A stretch of DNA of 64,000 nt from positions 132,269-196,268 of the forward strand of contig CAZWWH010000001.1 in the NCBI GenBank assembly GCA_964637365.1, in the 5' to 3' direction. Numbering within the stretch: position 1 is the first letter of the stretch; every line of letters begins with the position of its first letter. Origin of the DNA: an uncultured Peptococcaceae bacterium. Lineage in GTDB: Bacteria > Bacillota > Dehalobacteriia > UBA7702. The notes below the pieces were generated by a model. It saw only the letters and a list, made by a program, of their open reading frames with translations. It ran no database searches and was not told the origin of the DNA. Below, in pieces: positions 38,870 to 49,500 of the stretch. Position numbers and translations under genes: made by a program.

Positions 38870-39937
38870 TTATTGCGAATCCCCCGTGCTGTTATTACCG
38901 ACAGAGACTTTCCCTGCGCTACGTTCCATGGATTCTATAACGTCTGAAGGCATTTCTTCATAATTGTTCAAGGCGTTAAAGAAAGCGTCCCTGGTAGAAT
39001 CGAAAATAAAGAAATAGCTGACTCCATCCTGGTAACGGCCTTCACCCGGCGGTGTATAGGTGCTCATTTCCACACCGTCCTTCAGATTCATAAAAATCTG
39101 CAAGAGCTGTGTGCCGGTGAGGTTCGTAGATACATTGGTCTTAATAGCAGTGCAGAGATCAGGAATTTTCAATAAAGTACCAGCGGAGAACATTTGCTCC
39201 TTCAGAGTGGTCATAAACAGTTGCTGACGGGCCACACGACCGATATCGCCCTGCCCATCACTGCGGAAGCGGCAGAACTGGAGCGCTTGGTCACCGTTGA
39301 GCGTTTGGAGACCCGGCTGAAGGTCAATGCCTTCGCCATCATATTTCATGCGCATGGGAACATCAATGGTGATACCGCCCAAGGCGTCGATAACATCACG
39401 GAAGCCCTGAAAATCAATTTGCGCCATAAAGTCAACTTCAATATCGAAATTATGCTCTAGCGTCGCTTTGGACAGCTCAATGCCGCCATAAACGAAGGCG
39501 TGATTAATTTTCGTTTTTTGCCCGGCATAGGAGCCGCCTTCCGGAGGAATTTCAATATAGGTATCCCTAGGAATGCTTAAAAGGCGCATTTCTTTGGCTT
39601 TCATATCAACGAAAGCAATCATCATGGTATCGGAACGACTTTTCGTTTCTCCAGGACGAGCGTCGCATCCCATCATCAAAACGGTGAATTGATCCTTGTC
39701 AAAGGCAATTCCCTCATCCTCGGCAGCTTCCAGTTCAGCAGTGCCACTGAGATCGCCCCAAATCAGAGGATAAACGTAAGCCCCTACATAACCGACCCAA
39801 CCAAAAACCAGGACACATACGGCGAGTATACCCACAAAAATCCAGTTATGAATTTTTTTGCGCCGTTTTAAACGGTCTTTTTCCGTTTTTATGGGGTTTG
39901 ATATGATTTCATCTTTCGGCGTTTTTTTTCTGAACAT
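38870..39937 (-). CDS. LytR-CpsA-Psr (LCP) family cell-wall polymer ligase
   Basis: N-terminal TM plus LCP domain (…TVLMMGCDAR…RSDTMM…SIPRDTY…). Confidence 0.8.
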   Translation of the reverse strand: MFRKKTPKDEIISNPIKTEKDRLKRRKKIHNWIFVGILAVCVLVFGWVGYVGAYVYPLIWGDLSGTAELEAAEDEGIAFDKDQFTVLMMGCDARPGETKSRSDTMMIAFVDMKAKEMRLLSIPRDTYIEIPPEGGSYAGQKTKINHAFVYGGIELSKATLEHNFDIEVDFMAQIDFQGFRDVIDALGGITIDVPMRMKYDGEGIDLQPGLQTLNGDQALQFCRFRSDGQGDIGRVARQQLFMTTLKEQMFSAGTLLKIPDLCTAIKTNVSTNLTGTQLLQIFMNLKDGVEMSTYTPPGEGRYQDGVSYFFIFDSTRDAFFNALNNYEEMPSDVIESMERSAGKVSVGNNSTGDSQ

Positions 39938-40092
39938 GATATCGAAATCCTCAAATAAATTCTTTTGTAAACCAATAAACTTGAGTAATTATATCATATT
40001 ATTTCATATAATTCAAAAAAAATTGTGACAGAATTAGGCATTTTAATAAATATTTCGCATTAATTCAGCAAATATACATTAATTCTCCATAT

Positions 40093-41379
40093 TTAAAGCT
40101 GTTCCACGATGATTTTATAATGAGATTCTACTTCATAAACAACTTTTTCCAAATCAATGGTAGGAAATTCTCCATCACGGTAGACAATTCGTCCATCACT
40201 CATGGTAAGGCAAACATCACTGCCTTCTGCAGCGTAGACCAAATGATTTACTAAATGAGTGGCAGGCTGCCAATGAGGCTCTTTTAAATCAATCACAATC
40301 AAATCCGCCCGCATTCCAGGTTTGATAACACCACAATCATCACGGCCCTGGGCTTTTGCGCTGTTGACAGTAGCGGCGGCCAAGGTTTGTGCCGGCGTGA
40401 TCACCGTGGGGTCGTTACTGCTCCCTTTATGAATCAGGGCGAAAACATTCATTTCCTGAATCATGCTTAAATTATTATTACTAGCCACACTGTCGGTTCC
40501 CAGAGCCACATTGATACCTTTTTCAAAAAATTTGGGAACCGGAGCAATGCCGCTGGCCAATTTCAGATTGCTGACAGGGCAATGGCCCACGGAAACACCT
40601 TTTTCCGCCATAATTGCCATGTCATTTTCATCCACCCAAACACAGTGAGCGGCAGTCGTGGGCAAATCAAAAATCCCCAATTCATTGAAGTAGGCTGCCG
40701 GCGTTTTGCCGTGACGCTCCAGGGAAGCCTCATGCTCTGCTTTCGTTTCGGAAAGATGGAGATGCATCCGGCAATTCTTCGTTTTGGCGTATTCCGCCAC
40801 ACCGGTCACCACCTTAGGCGAAGAGGTATATTCCGCATGAAGACTCATGTCAATGCGGATACGACCGTCTTCTGCCATATGGTACTCGGAAAACAGCATT
40901 TCATTGGCGGGGTAATCCTCCAATTCATAAAAGCTCCGATCATCAAAACAGAGGGTACCAGTACTGTAATTCGTTTTAGCACCACTTTCAATAAAGGCCT
41001 TCAGCAATGCTTCAGCCTGCATATACATGTCAGTAGTGGCCACAGTACCACTGCGGAACATCTCAGCGATCCCCAGAAGCGCTCCATAATAAACGGAATC
41101 CGCTGTGAGATGGGACTCAAAGGGAAAAATTTTTTGATTGAGCCAATCCTGAAGAGCCATATTTTCGCCATAGCCCCTCATCAAAGTCATGGGCGTATGG
41201 GCATGGGAATTGTAAAAAGCGGGCGTCAACAGTTTACCGCTGCCATCGTATATTTCGCCGAAATCATCTTGGGGCATTTCACTTCCCACATACATAATAC
41301 GGCTATCCTTAACACCGATATAGCGATTAGGCTCAATCTCAAAATTCTCATTTAACAACAAAACATTTTTAAAAAGCAT
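40093..41379 (-). CDS. amidohydrolase-family deaminase (5'-methylthioadenosine/S-adenosylhomocysteine deaminase MtaD-like)
   Basis: HAH…H metal-binding site (YNSHAHTPMTLMRG), HLSE, GTDS motifs of the MtaD/chlorohydrolase family. Confidence 0.7.
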   Translation of the reverse strand: MLFKNVLLLNENFEIEPNRYIGVKDSRIMYVGSEMPQDDFGEIYDGSGKLLTPAFYNSHAHTPMTLMRGYGENMALQDWLNQKIFPFESHLTADSVYYGALLGIAEMFRSGTVATTDMYMQAEALLKAFIESGAKTNYSTGTLCFDDRSFYELEDYPANEMLFSEYHMAEDGRIRIDMSLHAEYTSSPKVVTGVAEYAKTKNCRMHLHLSETKAEHEASLERHGKTPAAYFNELGIFDLPTTAAHCVWVDENDMAIMAEKGVSVGHCPVSNLKLASGIAPVPKFFEKGINVALGTDSVASNNNLSMIQEMNVFALIHKGSSNDPTVITPAQTLAAATVNSAKAQGRDDCGVIKPGMRADLIVIDLKEPHWQPATHLVNHLVYAAEGSDVCLTMSDGRIVYRDGEFPTIDLEKVVYEVESHYKIIVEQL

Positions 41380-41393
41380 TGATGTCTCCTAAT

Positions 41394-41804
41394 TTACTTT
41401 TCCAGGGTTTCCAGCAATTCACAAGCGCAATCAATATAACCGGAGCAAAGTTGTTTTTTATAAGCAGGATCTTCCTTTGCTCTATCATTCACCAATTTGG
41501 CGCATTTCAAGGAGCCATTTTTGGCTTTAAACTGTTTACACAGCTCCTGCACGTTTGCATAGGTATCCTGCTTTGTTTGACCTACCTTGTCCAAGGAGGC
41601 GTCAGACTTCATCCCAGCCACCATAATCATGCCGCTGACAGCGCCGCAAACATCCTTCATACCCATACCGCCGCCGAAGCCCTCAGACAGACGATAGGCA
41701 GCGCTTTCATCAATGCCCAGTTCCTCTGCGTAAGCGCAGAGCACCGATTGAGCGCAGTTGTATCCGCAAGTAAATTTTTCCTTCGCTTTTTCTCTTTGAC
41801 TCAT
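41394..41804 (-). CDS. C_GCAxxG_C_C-family protein
   Basis: FTCGYNCAQSVLCAYAEELGI… matches the C-GCAxxG-C-C signature. Confidence 0.7.
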   Translation of the reverse strand: MSQREKAKEKFTCGYNCAQSVLCAYAEELGIDESAAYRLSEGFGGGMGMKDVCGAVSGMIMVAGMKSDASLDKVGQTKQDTYANVQELCKQFKAKNGSLKCAKLVNDRAKEDPAYKKQLCSGYIDCACELLETLEK

Positions 41805-41847
41805 TATTTCCGTTCCTTTCAATGATGTTTTCTTTTAAATTTATTAT

Positions 41848-44073
41848 TTATTTTTGCAAAAGCTGCCGCAAATAGGCTTCATTTTTGTGGGCCCGTTCCT
41901 TCATTAAGGCAGAGTTTTTTTTCAGATGCTCGGCATACTGTTGATAATGTTCCGTCAAATCCTTGACTTTTTCGGAAAGCTCCCGCAAATCAAGGTTTTC
42001 CACATTGCCACCATTGGGCATAGAGAAAGCGTCAAGATAATAAAGGATTTTAGGGTCATAAACCAAGCCGATAAAGGGAATCGCCATATGGGCGGAAAAA
42101 ATCAGAGTATGAAGCCGCATGGCAATAATAAATTCCGCTTCTCCGACCACACTCATGAGCTCCTTAGAGGAAACCGGAGAGTCAAGAACATAGGCGGGAT
42201 GCTTCATCATGTTCCGTATCTCGCGACTGATGGCAACATCATGAGGCACCTGCATGGCAATAAATAAAATATTTTTGCCATAGAATTCATGAATCTCGTC
42301 ACAGAGTGCCGCGATTTTTTCGCAAAAACCTTCCATATTGGGCCAATTACGAACTGATACTGCGACAAATGGACGATCCCGCGGAACGCCACACTGCTCT
42401 AAAAGCGTATCGGCATAATGCTCCGGCGGCGCTTCCATGGTGAAAACAGGGTCGCTTGTCACATAAACATGTTCGTTGACAATCCCCATAAGCTGCAGTT
42501 CTTTGGCAGAATTCTCATCCCGTAAAGTGATGATATCAGCTTTATTCAATAATCTTCGTACAAGATGACGGTTAAATTTTTTCCGCACTGGACCAATGCC
42601 GTTGGCATAGAGCATTACCTTTTTTCCCATCAATTCTGCCAAGCAAATAATAGAGAGATAGTACCACAGAGAACGGGTAGATGTACGGTCCTGCAAAAGA
42701 CTGCCGCCGCCGGATACCAAAACGTCGCAGCGACGGATGGCGCGCATTACCTCCCGAAAATGGAAGCGGTGGGTGGTTTGGTAACCATAGGCCTTGGCTG
42801 TGGCTTCGGGGTCATTGGACAACACCGAAATTTCCACTCGTTCCCCTATGGACTGAATATTGGCATAAACTGCCTGTAAAATGGCCTCATCACCACTGTT
42901 GCCAAAGCCATAATAGCCGCTGATTAAAACGTGATACGTTTTCTCTTTGCTCCACACTGTGTCGTAAGCCTTGAGACAGTCATCGGTCATACGGGCAACA
43001 GAGTAATATTTCAAAATGACGCTGCGTCCATAATCTCCTATGGCTTGTTTTTGCTCCGCTTCCATATGGCGGAAAAAATGCATGATGTCATCAAACAGCA
43101 ATTGAGCCGTCGGCATCTGGCAGCCACGGCAACAAAAATTTCCTTCCCGAGCCACTGCCAAATGCTCTTGGGAAAATAAACCGATATAGCCCTGACTTCC
43201 GGCTACAATAACAGGTTTGGAGGTAGCCATGGCCTCCAAAGCGGCGCGGGACACCCCGACGAACAAATCACCTACTGCCACAATTTCATTGATATCAGTG
43301 CGGGGGCCTGCCATAATAACACACTGACGGCCTAAAGCCTCATTGATAGTTTGAGCTCTGGCCTTCAATTCCTGAAAGACATCACCGCCACCCACAATCA
43401 GTAGGCGGATTCCAGGAAGTTCCTCAGATAACTGCGGGGCAAGCTCAATCAGCTGGCGGGCGATCATATCAGTCTCCTGATCCAAACGGCTAACATGGCA
43501 GATAACAGGCCCCCCTTCGGAGAGACTGAATTCCTCCCGAATTCGCGCCCCAGAGGTTTGGGGAGCAAACTTTTTGGTATCAATGCCATTGATGGTAAGG
43601 AAAATGTCCTCTTCAGCAGTATTATATTGTTTCATCAGATACTGTTTGATATCTTCGCTGACGGCAATGGTTTTTTGCCCCCAATCGGTAATATAGCGCA
43701 AAATCCCGTCAGTATCAAAAACCCCATGAGCCGAGGTAACAAAGGGGAAGCCATACTTTTTATGAAGCTTCCCGCAAATAAAACCGGGAATACGGGCATG
43801 GGCGTGAACAATATCGGGTTTTTCCTTTTGGATAATTTTCTTCATGGAACGGTACGATTGCCACATGGTGAAAACATTGCGGCGATTCATGGGAACACAG
43901 TAATGGCGAATTCCCGCCGCCTCAATTTCCGGCACATACACGCCGCCATTGGAAGCAATAAGGACGTCGTATCCTCGCTGCTTTAACTCCTTGGCCAATT
44001 CCACGATATGGGTTTCAGCGCCGCCGATATCAAGGCCCATTGTGGCCATTAAAATCTTATATTTCTGTTCCAT
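41848..44073 (-). CDS. fusion protein: N-terminal GT4 glycosyltransferase + C-terminal polysaccharide pyruvyl transferase (CsaB-type)
   Basis: residues 1-~380 look like GT-B/GT4 (GG.E…, EALA…KPVI); residues ~385-741 repeat the pyruvyl-transferase pattern seen in 36157-37932 (ISGYYGFGNSGDEAIL…VLVSGGGSLLQD…MLYANGIGP). Confidence 0.65.
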   Translation of the reverse strand: MEQKYKILMATMGLDIGGAETHIVELAKELKQRGYDVLIASNGGVYVPEIEAAGIRHYCVPMNRRNVFTMWQSYRSMKKIIQKEKPDIVHAHARIPGFICGKLHKKYGFPFVTSAHGVFDTDGILRYITDWGQKTIAVSEDIKQYLMKQYNTAEEDIFLTINGIDTKKFAPQTSGARIREEFSLSEGGPVICHVSRLDQETDMIARQLIELAPQLSEELPGIRLLIVGGGDVFQELKARAQTINEALGRQCVIMAGPRTDINEIVAVGDLFVGVSRAALEAMATSKPVIVAGSQGYIGLFSQEHLAVAREGNFCCRGCQMPTAQLLFDDIMHFFRHMEAEQKQAIGDYGRSVILKYYSVARMTDDCLKAYDTVWSKEKTYHVLISGYYGFGNSGDEAILQAVYANIQSIGERVEISVLSNDPEATAKAYGYQTTHRFHFREVMRAIRRCDVLVSGGGSLLQDRTSTRSLWYYLSIICLAELMGKKVMLYANGIGPVRKKFNRHLVRRLLNKADIITLRDENSAKELQLMGIVNEHVYVTSDPVFTMEAPPEHYADTLLEQCGVPRDRPFVAVSVRNWPNMEGFCEKIAALCDEIHEFYGKNILFIAMQVPHDVAISREIRNMMKHPAYVLDSPVSSKELMSVVGEAEFIIAMRLHTLIFSAHMAIPFIGLVYDPKILYYLDAFSMPNGGNVENLDLRELSEKVKDLTEHYQQYAEHLKKNSALMKERAHKNEAYLRQLLQK

Positions 44074-44096
44074 GTTTTGATAACTCCTACTTATCT

Positions 44097-45659
44097 TTAC
44101 TTGTGAAAATGAAACACTTTTTTACATAGAGATACTGCCGCCAGCCCCTCTTCAATGCGTAACGCAATGGCTGCCAGAAAATAAACGACAAGCCCGCCTA
44201 AAGTAGGTAGAAAAACCGTGATGATTTTACCAATCATTCCTGAGACAACCCCCTCTACCAGTAGACGAAGGCCATAAACCGCCGCCGCCATAATGAAAGC
44301 GGCCGCAATCACCTTTAGCATATCGAGACAGAATTTTTTGGAAAAAAAACCCATTCCTTTTTTTTCCAAAAAGATCACCAAAATCAGGGCATTGACAACA
44401 CAGGAAATGGATGAAGCCACGGCTAAACCAGCGACATCAAAAGGCTCTGTGAGCACTATACAAAGGAGAATATTGGTGGCAATGGCAAAAATCCCCGCTA
44501 CCAACGGAACTTTGCCGCTTTGCTCCGCAAAGAAAGCGCGGCTCAAAATCGTCTGCACAGTATAGGCTACCATTCCCAATGATAGGAATACCAGGGCACG
44601 GCCGGTAATATCTACAGAAAAGGCGTCAAATTGACCGCCGCCATAAATCAAATCCACACAAGGACGAGCCAAAGTCATGAGTCCCGCCATCAGTGGGATA
44701 ACAAAAAATAAAGATGAGTGTATGACGCTGGCAATCGTTTCCCGAAAGGCGGCATTGTCGTTCCGTGCTGTAAGCCGGGACAATCGTGGAAAGACCACAT
44801 TGGTCACTGACAATACAAAAACTCCGGTCACAATCAAATAAAGGTTGTTGGCAAATTCAATGGCCGAGACACCCGCTCCGTTGAACAAATGAGAGCCAAA
44901 CCGCGTATTAATAGCCAAATTAATCGGCTGCACCCAGGTACTGACCATAACAGGGATCATCAAGGCAAAGACTTTTTTCAGCCCCTCGGAACGAAAATGA
45001 AAAGAGGGACGGTAAAAATATCCTTTTTTCAACAACGAAGGCACTTGAACCGCTGCCTGCAAAAACCAGCTAAACAAAAAGGCTAAGGCCAAGCCGTAAA
45101 TGCCAAAACGGTCATTGAAAAAAATAAAGTACAGAATTACCGCCACATTGGAAACGACGCTAATCAAGGCAGGAATATTAAACTCGTCCATGGATTGGAG
45201 AACACCCACCATGGAAAAGGCAATGCCGGTAAAAAGCACCGAAGGGAACATTACCCGGGTCAGAGACACGCAGAGAGCCGCGGTTTCCTCATCAAATCCA
45301 TTGGCAAAGAGCGTCACAAGCTGGTCGGCAAAAACGATCCCCAAAACCGTCAAAACACAGCAAAGCAGGGAAATCAGAGAAAAAAAATCATTGGAGAAGC
45401 CAAAGGCCACCTTTTTTCCCTTTTTCGTCAAATATTCGCTGAACACAGGAATGAAGCAGGCCGCTACAGCTGAAGCAAAAATAGCGTCAAAAAAGACCCT
45501 GGGAATGCGGCTGGCAGTAAGAAATGCGTTGGTTTCCATGCCGCTGCCATAGGTAACGGAAAGCATACGATCCCGCAAAAGTCCCAATATTTTTCCCAGT
45601 AGAGTCAATATCATGACCCCGCTCACTGTTTTGACTGCGCTTTTTTTTTGTTCTGCCAT
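44097..45659 (-). CDS. second MurJ-family flippase
   Basis: 520 aa, 14 TM; …LLGKILGLLRDRMLSVTYGSGMETNAFLTASRIP… MurJ/MviN N-terminus. Confidence 0.75.
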   Translation of the reverse strand: MAEQKKSAVKTVSGVMILTLLGKILGLLRDRMLSVTYGSGMETNAFLTASRIPRVFFDAIFASAVAACFIPVFSEYLTKKGKKVAFGFSNDFFSLISLLCCVLTVLGIVFADQLVTLFANGFDEETAALCVSLTRVMFPSVLFTGIAFSMVGVLQSMDEFNIPALISVVSNVAVILYFIFFNDRFGIYGLALAFLFSWFLQAAVQVPSLLKKGYFYRPSFHFRSEGLKKVFALMIPVMVSTWVQPINLAINTRFGSHLFNGAGVSAIEFANNLYLIVTGVFVLSVTNVVFPRLSRLTARNDNAAFRETIASVIHSSLFFVIPLMAGLMTLARPCVDLIYGGGQFDAFSVDITGRALVFLSLGMVAYTVQTILSRAFFAEQSGKVPLVAGIFAIATNILLCIVLTEPFDVAGLAVASSISCVVNALILVIFLEKKGMGFFSKKFCLDMLKVIAAAFIMAAAVYGLRLLVEGVVSGMIGKIITVFLPTLGGLVVYFLAAIALRIEEGLAAVSLCKKVFHFHK

Positions 45660-45833
45660 GGTAAACCTGCTTTCCTTCGGATAAATTACATGACAATCAT
45701 CATTTTATCATAAAGAATATTGTACCCCAAAACGGCGGCGTTTTCAACTTTATTGCTTATATCACATCAAAAAAACAAGAATCGGACGACTTCTTTTCAA
45801 AAAAGCATCCGATTCTGATCTACGATTCCATGA

Positions 45834-46589
45834 TTACCCACGGCGCTGGCGCAGCACTTCATAAATCATTACCGCCGCTGCTACCGAAGCATTGAGGGAT
45901 GTAATGTGGCCCGCCATGGGGATGGTCACTTTGAAATCGCAATGCTCCATCAGCAGACGGGGAATACCCCGATCCTCCCCGCCAATTACCAGCAGCATGG
46001 GACCTTTCATATCTTGATCCCACATGGGAGCACCATCCATATCAGCACCATAAACCCAGAGTCCCTGTTCCTGCAACTGTTTGGCAGTTTGAGTCAAATT
46101 AGCAACCCGAGCTACGGGAACATATTCCGCCGCTCCCGCTGCGATTTTTGCCACGGTGGCGTTTAGTCCTACACTGTTGTTTTTGGGAATGATAATACCG
46201 TGAACACCGGCGATGTCTGCCGTTCGCATGATGGCGCCTAGATTCTGAGGACTCTCAATTTCCGCCAGCATTAAGAGAAAGGGCTCCTCCCCCTTTTCTC
46301 TGGCGGCGGCCAGCATATCGTCAACATCACCGTATTCATAACCAGCGATTTCGGCGATAACCCCTTGGTGTTTGCCGTGAAACATCTCGTCCAATCTGCG
46401 GCGCGGTACCAAAGCAGTGGGGATTTTCAACTCCTTAGCCTTGGCCATAATTTGGCGGGCAGAGCCTTCCAGTTTGCCTTCGGCAAAATAAATTTTATGA
46501 ATGGAATGCCCGGCCTTGATGGCTTCCAGCACACCATTGCGGCCGGGGATGTATTGATTTAAATTTTGTTCCTCATGTTTTTTCATCAT
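45834..46589 (-). CDS. rlmB: 23S rRNA (guanosine-2'-O)-methyltransferase RlmB (SpoU/TrmH family)
   Basis: SpoU motifs …LVIGGEDRGI…SLNASVAAAVMIYE…. Confidence 0.8.
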   Translation of the reverse strand: MMKKHEEQNLNQYIPGRNGVLEAIKAGHSIHKIYFAEGKLEGSARQIMAKAKELKIPTALVPRRRLDEMFHGKHQGVIAEIAGYEYGDVDDMLAAAREKGEEPFLLMLAEIESPQNLGAIMRTADIAGVHGIIIPKNNSVGLNATVAKIAAGAAEYVPVARVANLTQTAKQLQEQGLWVYGADMDGAPMWDQDMKGPMLLVIGGEDRGIPRLLMEHCDFKVTIPMAGHITSLNASVAAAVMIYEVLRQRRG

Positions 46590-47002
46590 TTTTTTGATTC
46601 CTTTTCGATCAACGCAAACAGACAGTGAAAAATTTCCTCCAGACGTTGGGTCTTACCGGCCAAATACAACGCCCCTACCAGAGCCTCCACCGCCGTGGCC
46701 TTACGGTAATCCTGCACATCGGTATGCTTAGGCTGATGGCCGGATTTGCTGTTCCTCCCCCGCTTCAACACTGCCGCCTCCTGTTCCGAAAGGGTTGGGA
46801 GAATTTCATGGTAAAAACGGCTCTGGAAAGTGGCCTTCACATACTCCACAGCCTTATGGTGCAGCTCCTCAGGCTTACGAATTCCCTGTTCCAACAGATA
46901 ACGGCGAATAGCCATTTCGTAAACGCCGTCGCCAATATAGGCTAACGTCAACGACGGCAAATTGATAGCGTCAATCCAGGAATATGGTGACATCGCTGTC
47001 AT
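46586..47002 (-). CDS. mrnC: mini-ribonuclease III (MrnC)
   Basis: 138 aa; LAYIGDGVYEMAIRRYL RNase III signature, lacks dsRBD; conserved cysS-mrnC-rlmB order. Confidence 0.8.
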   Translation of the reverse strand: MTAMSPYSWIDAINLPSLTLAYIGDGVYEMAIRRYLLEQGIRKPEELHHKAVEYVKATFQSRFYHEILPTLSEQEAAVLKRGRNSKSGHQPKHTDVQDYRKATAVEALVGALYLAGKTQRLEEIFHCLFALIEKESKK

Positions 47003-47005
47003 TGC

Positions 47006-48445
47006 TCAGTTCTCCTTTTTCCAACGGGGACCGTTGGGAGTATCTTCAATGATGATGCCGATTTTTTTCAGTTCATCACGGATAAAGTCCGCTGTGGGCC
47101 AATCCTTCTGACTCCGGGCTCTGGTACGGATTTCCATGAGAATGTTTAAGAGGTCATTGCTCATGTCGTCCCCTTCTTCCTCCTGGGGTACGATAACGTT
47201 CATCACTTCGTTGATTTCTCCGAAAAAGGCCAAAACTTCTTTGATGGTGGACAAAGTCTTTTCACCACCGCTGAATCCTTGAACGTTAATGATGCCATTG
47301 ACGTCACGGCAGAGGTCAAATACCGAGGCCAAGGCAAGGGAGGTGTTGAAGTCATCATCCATGGCGGCGATAAATTTTTCTCTCGTTTCGTTGACGATGG
47401 CAGTCAAGCGGTCCGCAACGTCACTATCCGAAGCAGGGTTCTTTTCCAACAAGGCCGCCTTTTCTTCGGCAATACGGTAGGTGTTCCAAATGCGGTGGAG
47501 AGATTTCTCGGCCGCTGTCAGCTTCTGGTCATCGAAGTCCAGAGGGCTTCTGTAATGGGTAGACATCAGATAAAACCGCACCACAGGGCCGGGAAATTTA
47601 TCGAGGATATCCCGAAGGAGGAAGAAATTTCCCAGAGATTTAGACATTTTTTCCGAATTGATGGTAATAAATCCGTTATGAATCCAGTAATGTACCGACT
47701 CACAGCCGTTGCAGCCTTCGCTTTGGGCGATTTCATTTTCATGATGGGGGAAAATTAGGTCGGCGCCGCCGCCGTGAATATCGAAGGTTTTGCCCAAATA
47801 TTTGGTAGACATGGCGGAGCATTCAATATGCCAACCGGGGCGGCCTTTGCCCCAGGGGCTGTCCCAAGCGGGTTCACCTGGTTTGGCAGCTTTCCACAAA
47901 GCGAAATCCAAAGGATCCCGCTTCTGTTCGCCCACGGCAATCCTGGCACCGGACTGCATTTCATCCAAAGAGCGACCGGAAAGCTTGCCGTAGGGTTCAA
48001 ATTTTCGCACTTCGTAATAAACGTCGCCGTTGACCTCGTAGGCCAATCCATTGTCGATGATGGTCTGAACCATGTCGATAATTTCCTGCATATGCTCGGT
48101 GACACGAGGATGCACATCAGCCCGTTTCACCCCCAGACGGTCAGCGTCTTCAAAGTAAGCATCGATATATTTTTCCGCCAGCTTTTTGGGGTCCATGTTT
48201 TCTTCATTGGCCCGATTGATGATTTTATCGTCCACATCAGTGAAGTTTTGAACATAGGTCACATCATAACCGCGGTAGGCGAAATAACGGCGGATGACGT
48301 CAAAAGCCACGATGGGGCGGGCGTTGCCTAAATGGATGTAGTTATAGGTCGTAGGGCCGCAGACATACATTTTGACCTTTCCCTCTTCCACTGGGACAAA
48401 TTCTTCTTTGGTGTTGCGCAGTGTGTTATAAATTTTAATGGACAT
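47006..48445 (-). CDS. cysS: cysteine--tRNA ligase
   Basis: HLGNARP (HIGH) and KMSKSLGN motifs, 479 aa. Confidence 0.95.
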   Translation of the reverse strand: MSIKIYNTLRNTKEEFVPVEEGKVKMYVCGPTTYNYIHLGNARPIVAFDVIRRYFAYRGYDVTYVQNFTDVDDKIINRANEENMDPKKLAEKYIDAYFEDADRLGVKRADVHPRVTEHMQEIIDMVQTIIDNGLAYEVNGDVYYEVRKFEPYGKLSGRSLDEMQSGARIAVGEQKRDPLDFALWKAAKPGEPAWDSPWGKGRPGWHIECSAMSTKYLGKTFDIHGGGADLIFPHHENEIAQSEGCNGCESVHYWIHNGFITINSEKMSKSLGNFFLLRDILDKFPGPVVRFYLMSTHYRSPLDFDDQKLTAAEKSLHRIWNTYRIAEEKAALLEKNPASDSDVADRLTAIVNETREKFIAAMDDDFNTSLALASVFDLCRDVNGIINVQGFSGGEKTLSTIKEVLAFFGEINEVMNVIVPQEEEGDDMSNDLLNILMEIRTRARSQKDWPTADFIRDELKKIGIIIEDTPNGPRWKKEN

Positions 48446-49082
48446 CTTTTTTCTCCTTTAACAGATTTTCCAGATATTCAACTTTTTCAGTCAATTCATT
48501 GATTTTTTCAAATACAGGATCGTTGAATCTGCCGTCTTCCACTTCCTCCCCTTCGTTGACGCGGCAGCCATCTTTCACTACAATGCGTCCGGGGACCCCC
48601 ACCACGGTACAGTTATCTGGTACGTCGTTCAGCACCACGGAGCCTGCGCCGATTTTCACATTATTACCAATGGTAATGGAACCCAGTACAATGGCGTTGG
48701 AGCTCACAACAACGTTGTGGCCGATGGTGGGGTGGCGCTTGCCATGCTCTTTTCCGGTACCCCCAAGAACCACGCCTTTATAAAGGGTCACATTTTCCCC
48801 GATCTCCGTAGTCTCCCCAATGACAATCCCCATGCCGTGGTCGATGAAAAATCCCTCGGAAATCTTGGCGCCGGGATGGATTTCCACCCCTGTCATAAAA
48901 CGGTTGATATGAGCGATCCAGCGGGCCATGACAGTCCAATGATGACGAAAAAACCAATGGGCCAGACGGTGTCCCCAAATGGCGTGAAGGCCGGGAGAAC
49001 AGAGAAAAACCTCCCACGCCGAGGTAGCGGCGGGGTCACGATCCATGACTGCTTTGATATCTCGTTTGGCACGGTCAAACAT
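48435..49082 (-). CDS. cysE: serine O-acetyltransferase
   Basis: SATase N-terminal helical domain plus hexapeptide repeats (…[24 protein letters not shown]…); start at MFDRAKRD, with a GGAGG RBS. Confidence 0.85.
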   Translation of the reverse strand: MFDRAKRDIKAVMDRDPAATSAWEVFLCSPGLHAIWGHRLAHWFFRHHWTVMARWIAHINRFMTGVEIHPGAKISEGFFIDHGMGIVIGETTEIGENVTLYKGVVLGGTGKEHGKRHPTIGHNVVVSSNAIVLGSITIGNNVKIGAGSVVLNDVPDNCTVVGVPGRIVVKDGCRVNEGEEVEDGRFNDPVFEKINELTEKVEYLENLLKEKKDVH

Positions 49083-49099
49083 CTCAAATCCTCCTGTTT

Positions 49100-49370
49100 T
49101 GACTCCTGAATCTTTTACCAAAACAAAAAAACCGCACCCAATCCAGAGACAGGGTTCGGCTGTGGTTCCACTCTGATTTACGGCGAAAAGCCGCATCTCA
49201 ATTCCTTTAACGCAGGTCATACGTCGTCGCCTAAAGAAAAAAATCCCTCAGCGCCGCGGCTCCCAAGTGCACTTCAGAAAAGTTATTGCCGAGACCGCTT
49301 TCAGCCGGTGACGGTCTCTCTCTGCTGCCAGCCCTTTTCTTACTCTCTTGTTCAAAGCCTTTGCATTTGT
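49100..49370 (-). ncRNA. probable T-box riboswitch leader (Cys-specific) of the cysE-cysS operon
   Basis: leader contains AGAGAG (stem I base), a UGCA candidate specifier, a T-box-like AAUCAGAGUGGAACCACAG (consensus AAnnnGGGUGGnACCGCG), then the terminator CCGAACCC…GGGUGCGG + U7 directly before the cysE RBS. Confidence 0.5.
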
Positions 49371-49375
49371 ATTTA

Positions 49376-49404
49376 AATTTACCAAATCCCATGGCCATTG
49401 TCAA
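49376..49404 (-). promoter_or_regulatory. putative sigma-A promoter for the T-box leader
   Basis: TTGACA-17 nt-TAAATT on the minus strand. Confidence 0.4.
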
Positions 49405-49500
49405 TAGGTTTCCGTGTCTTTCCAAAAAGAAAATATGGACGGGATTTCGACATCATGATATAATTAAATCATATGAAAAGTAAAATAAAGGAGTGATCCT

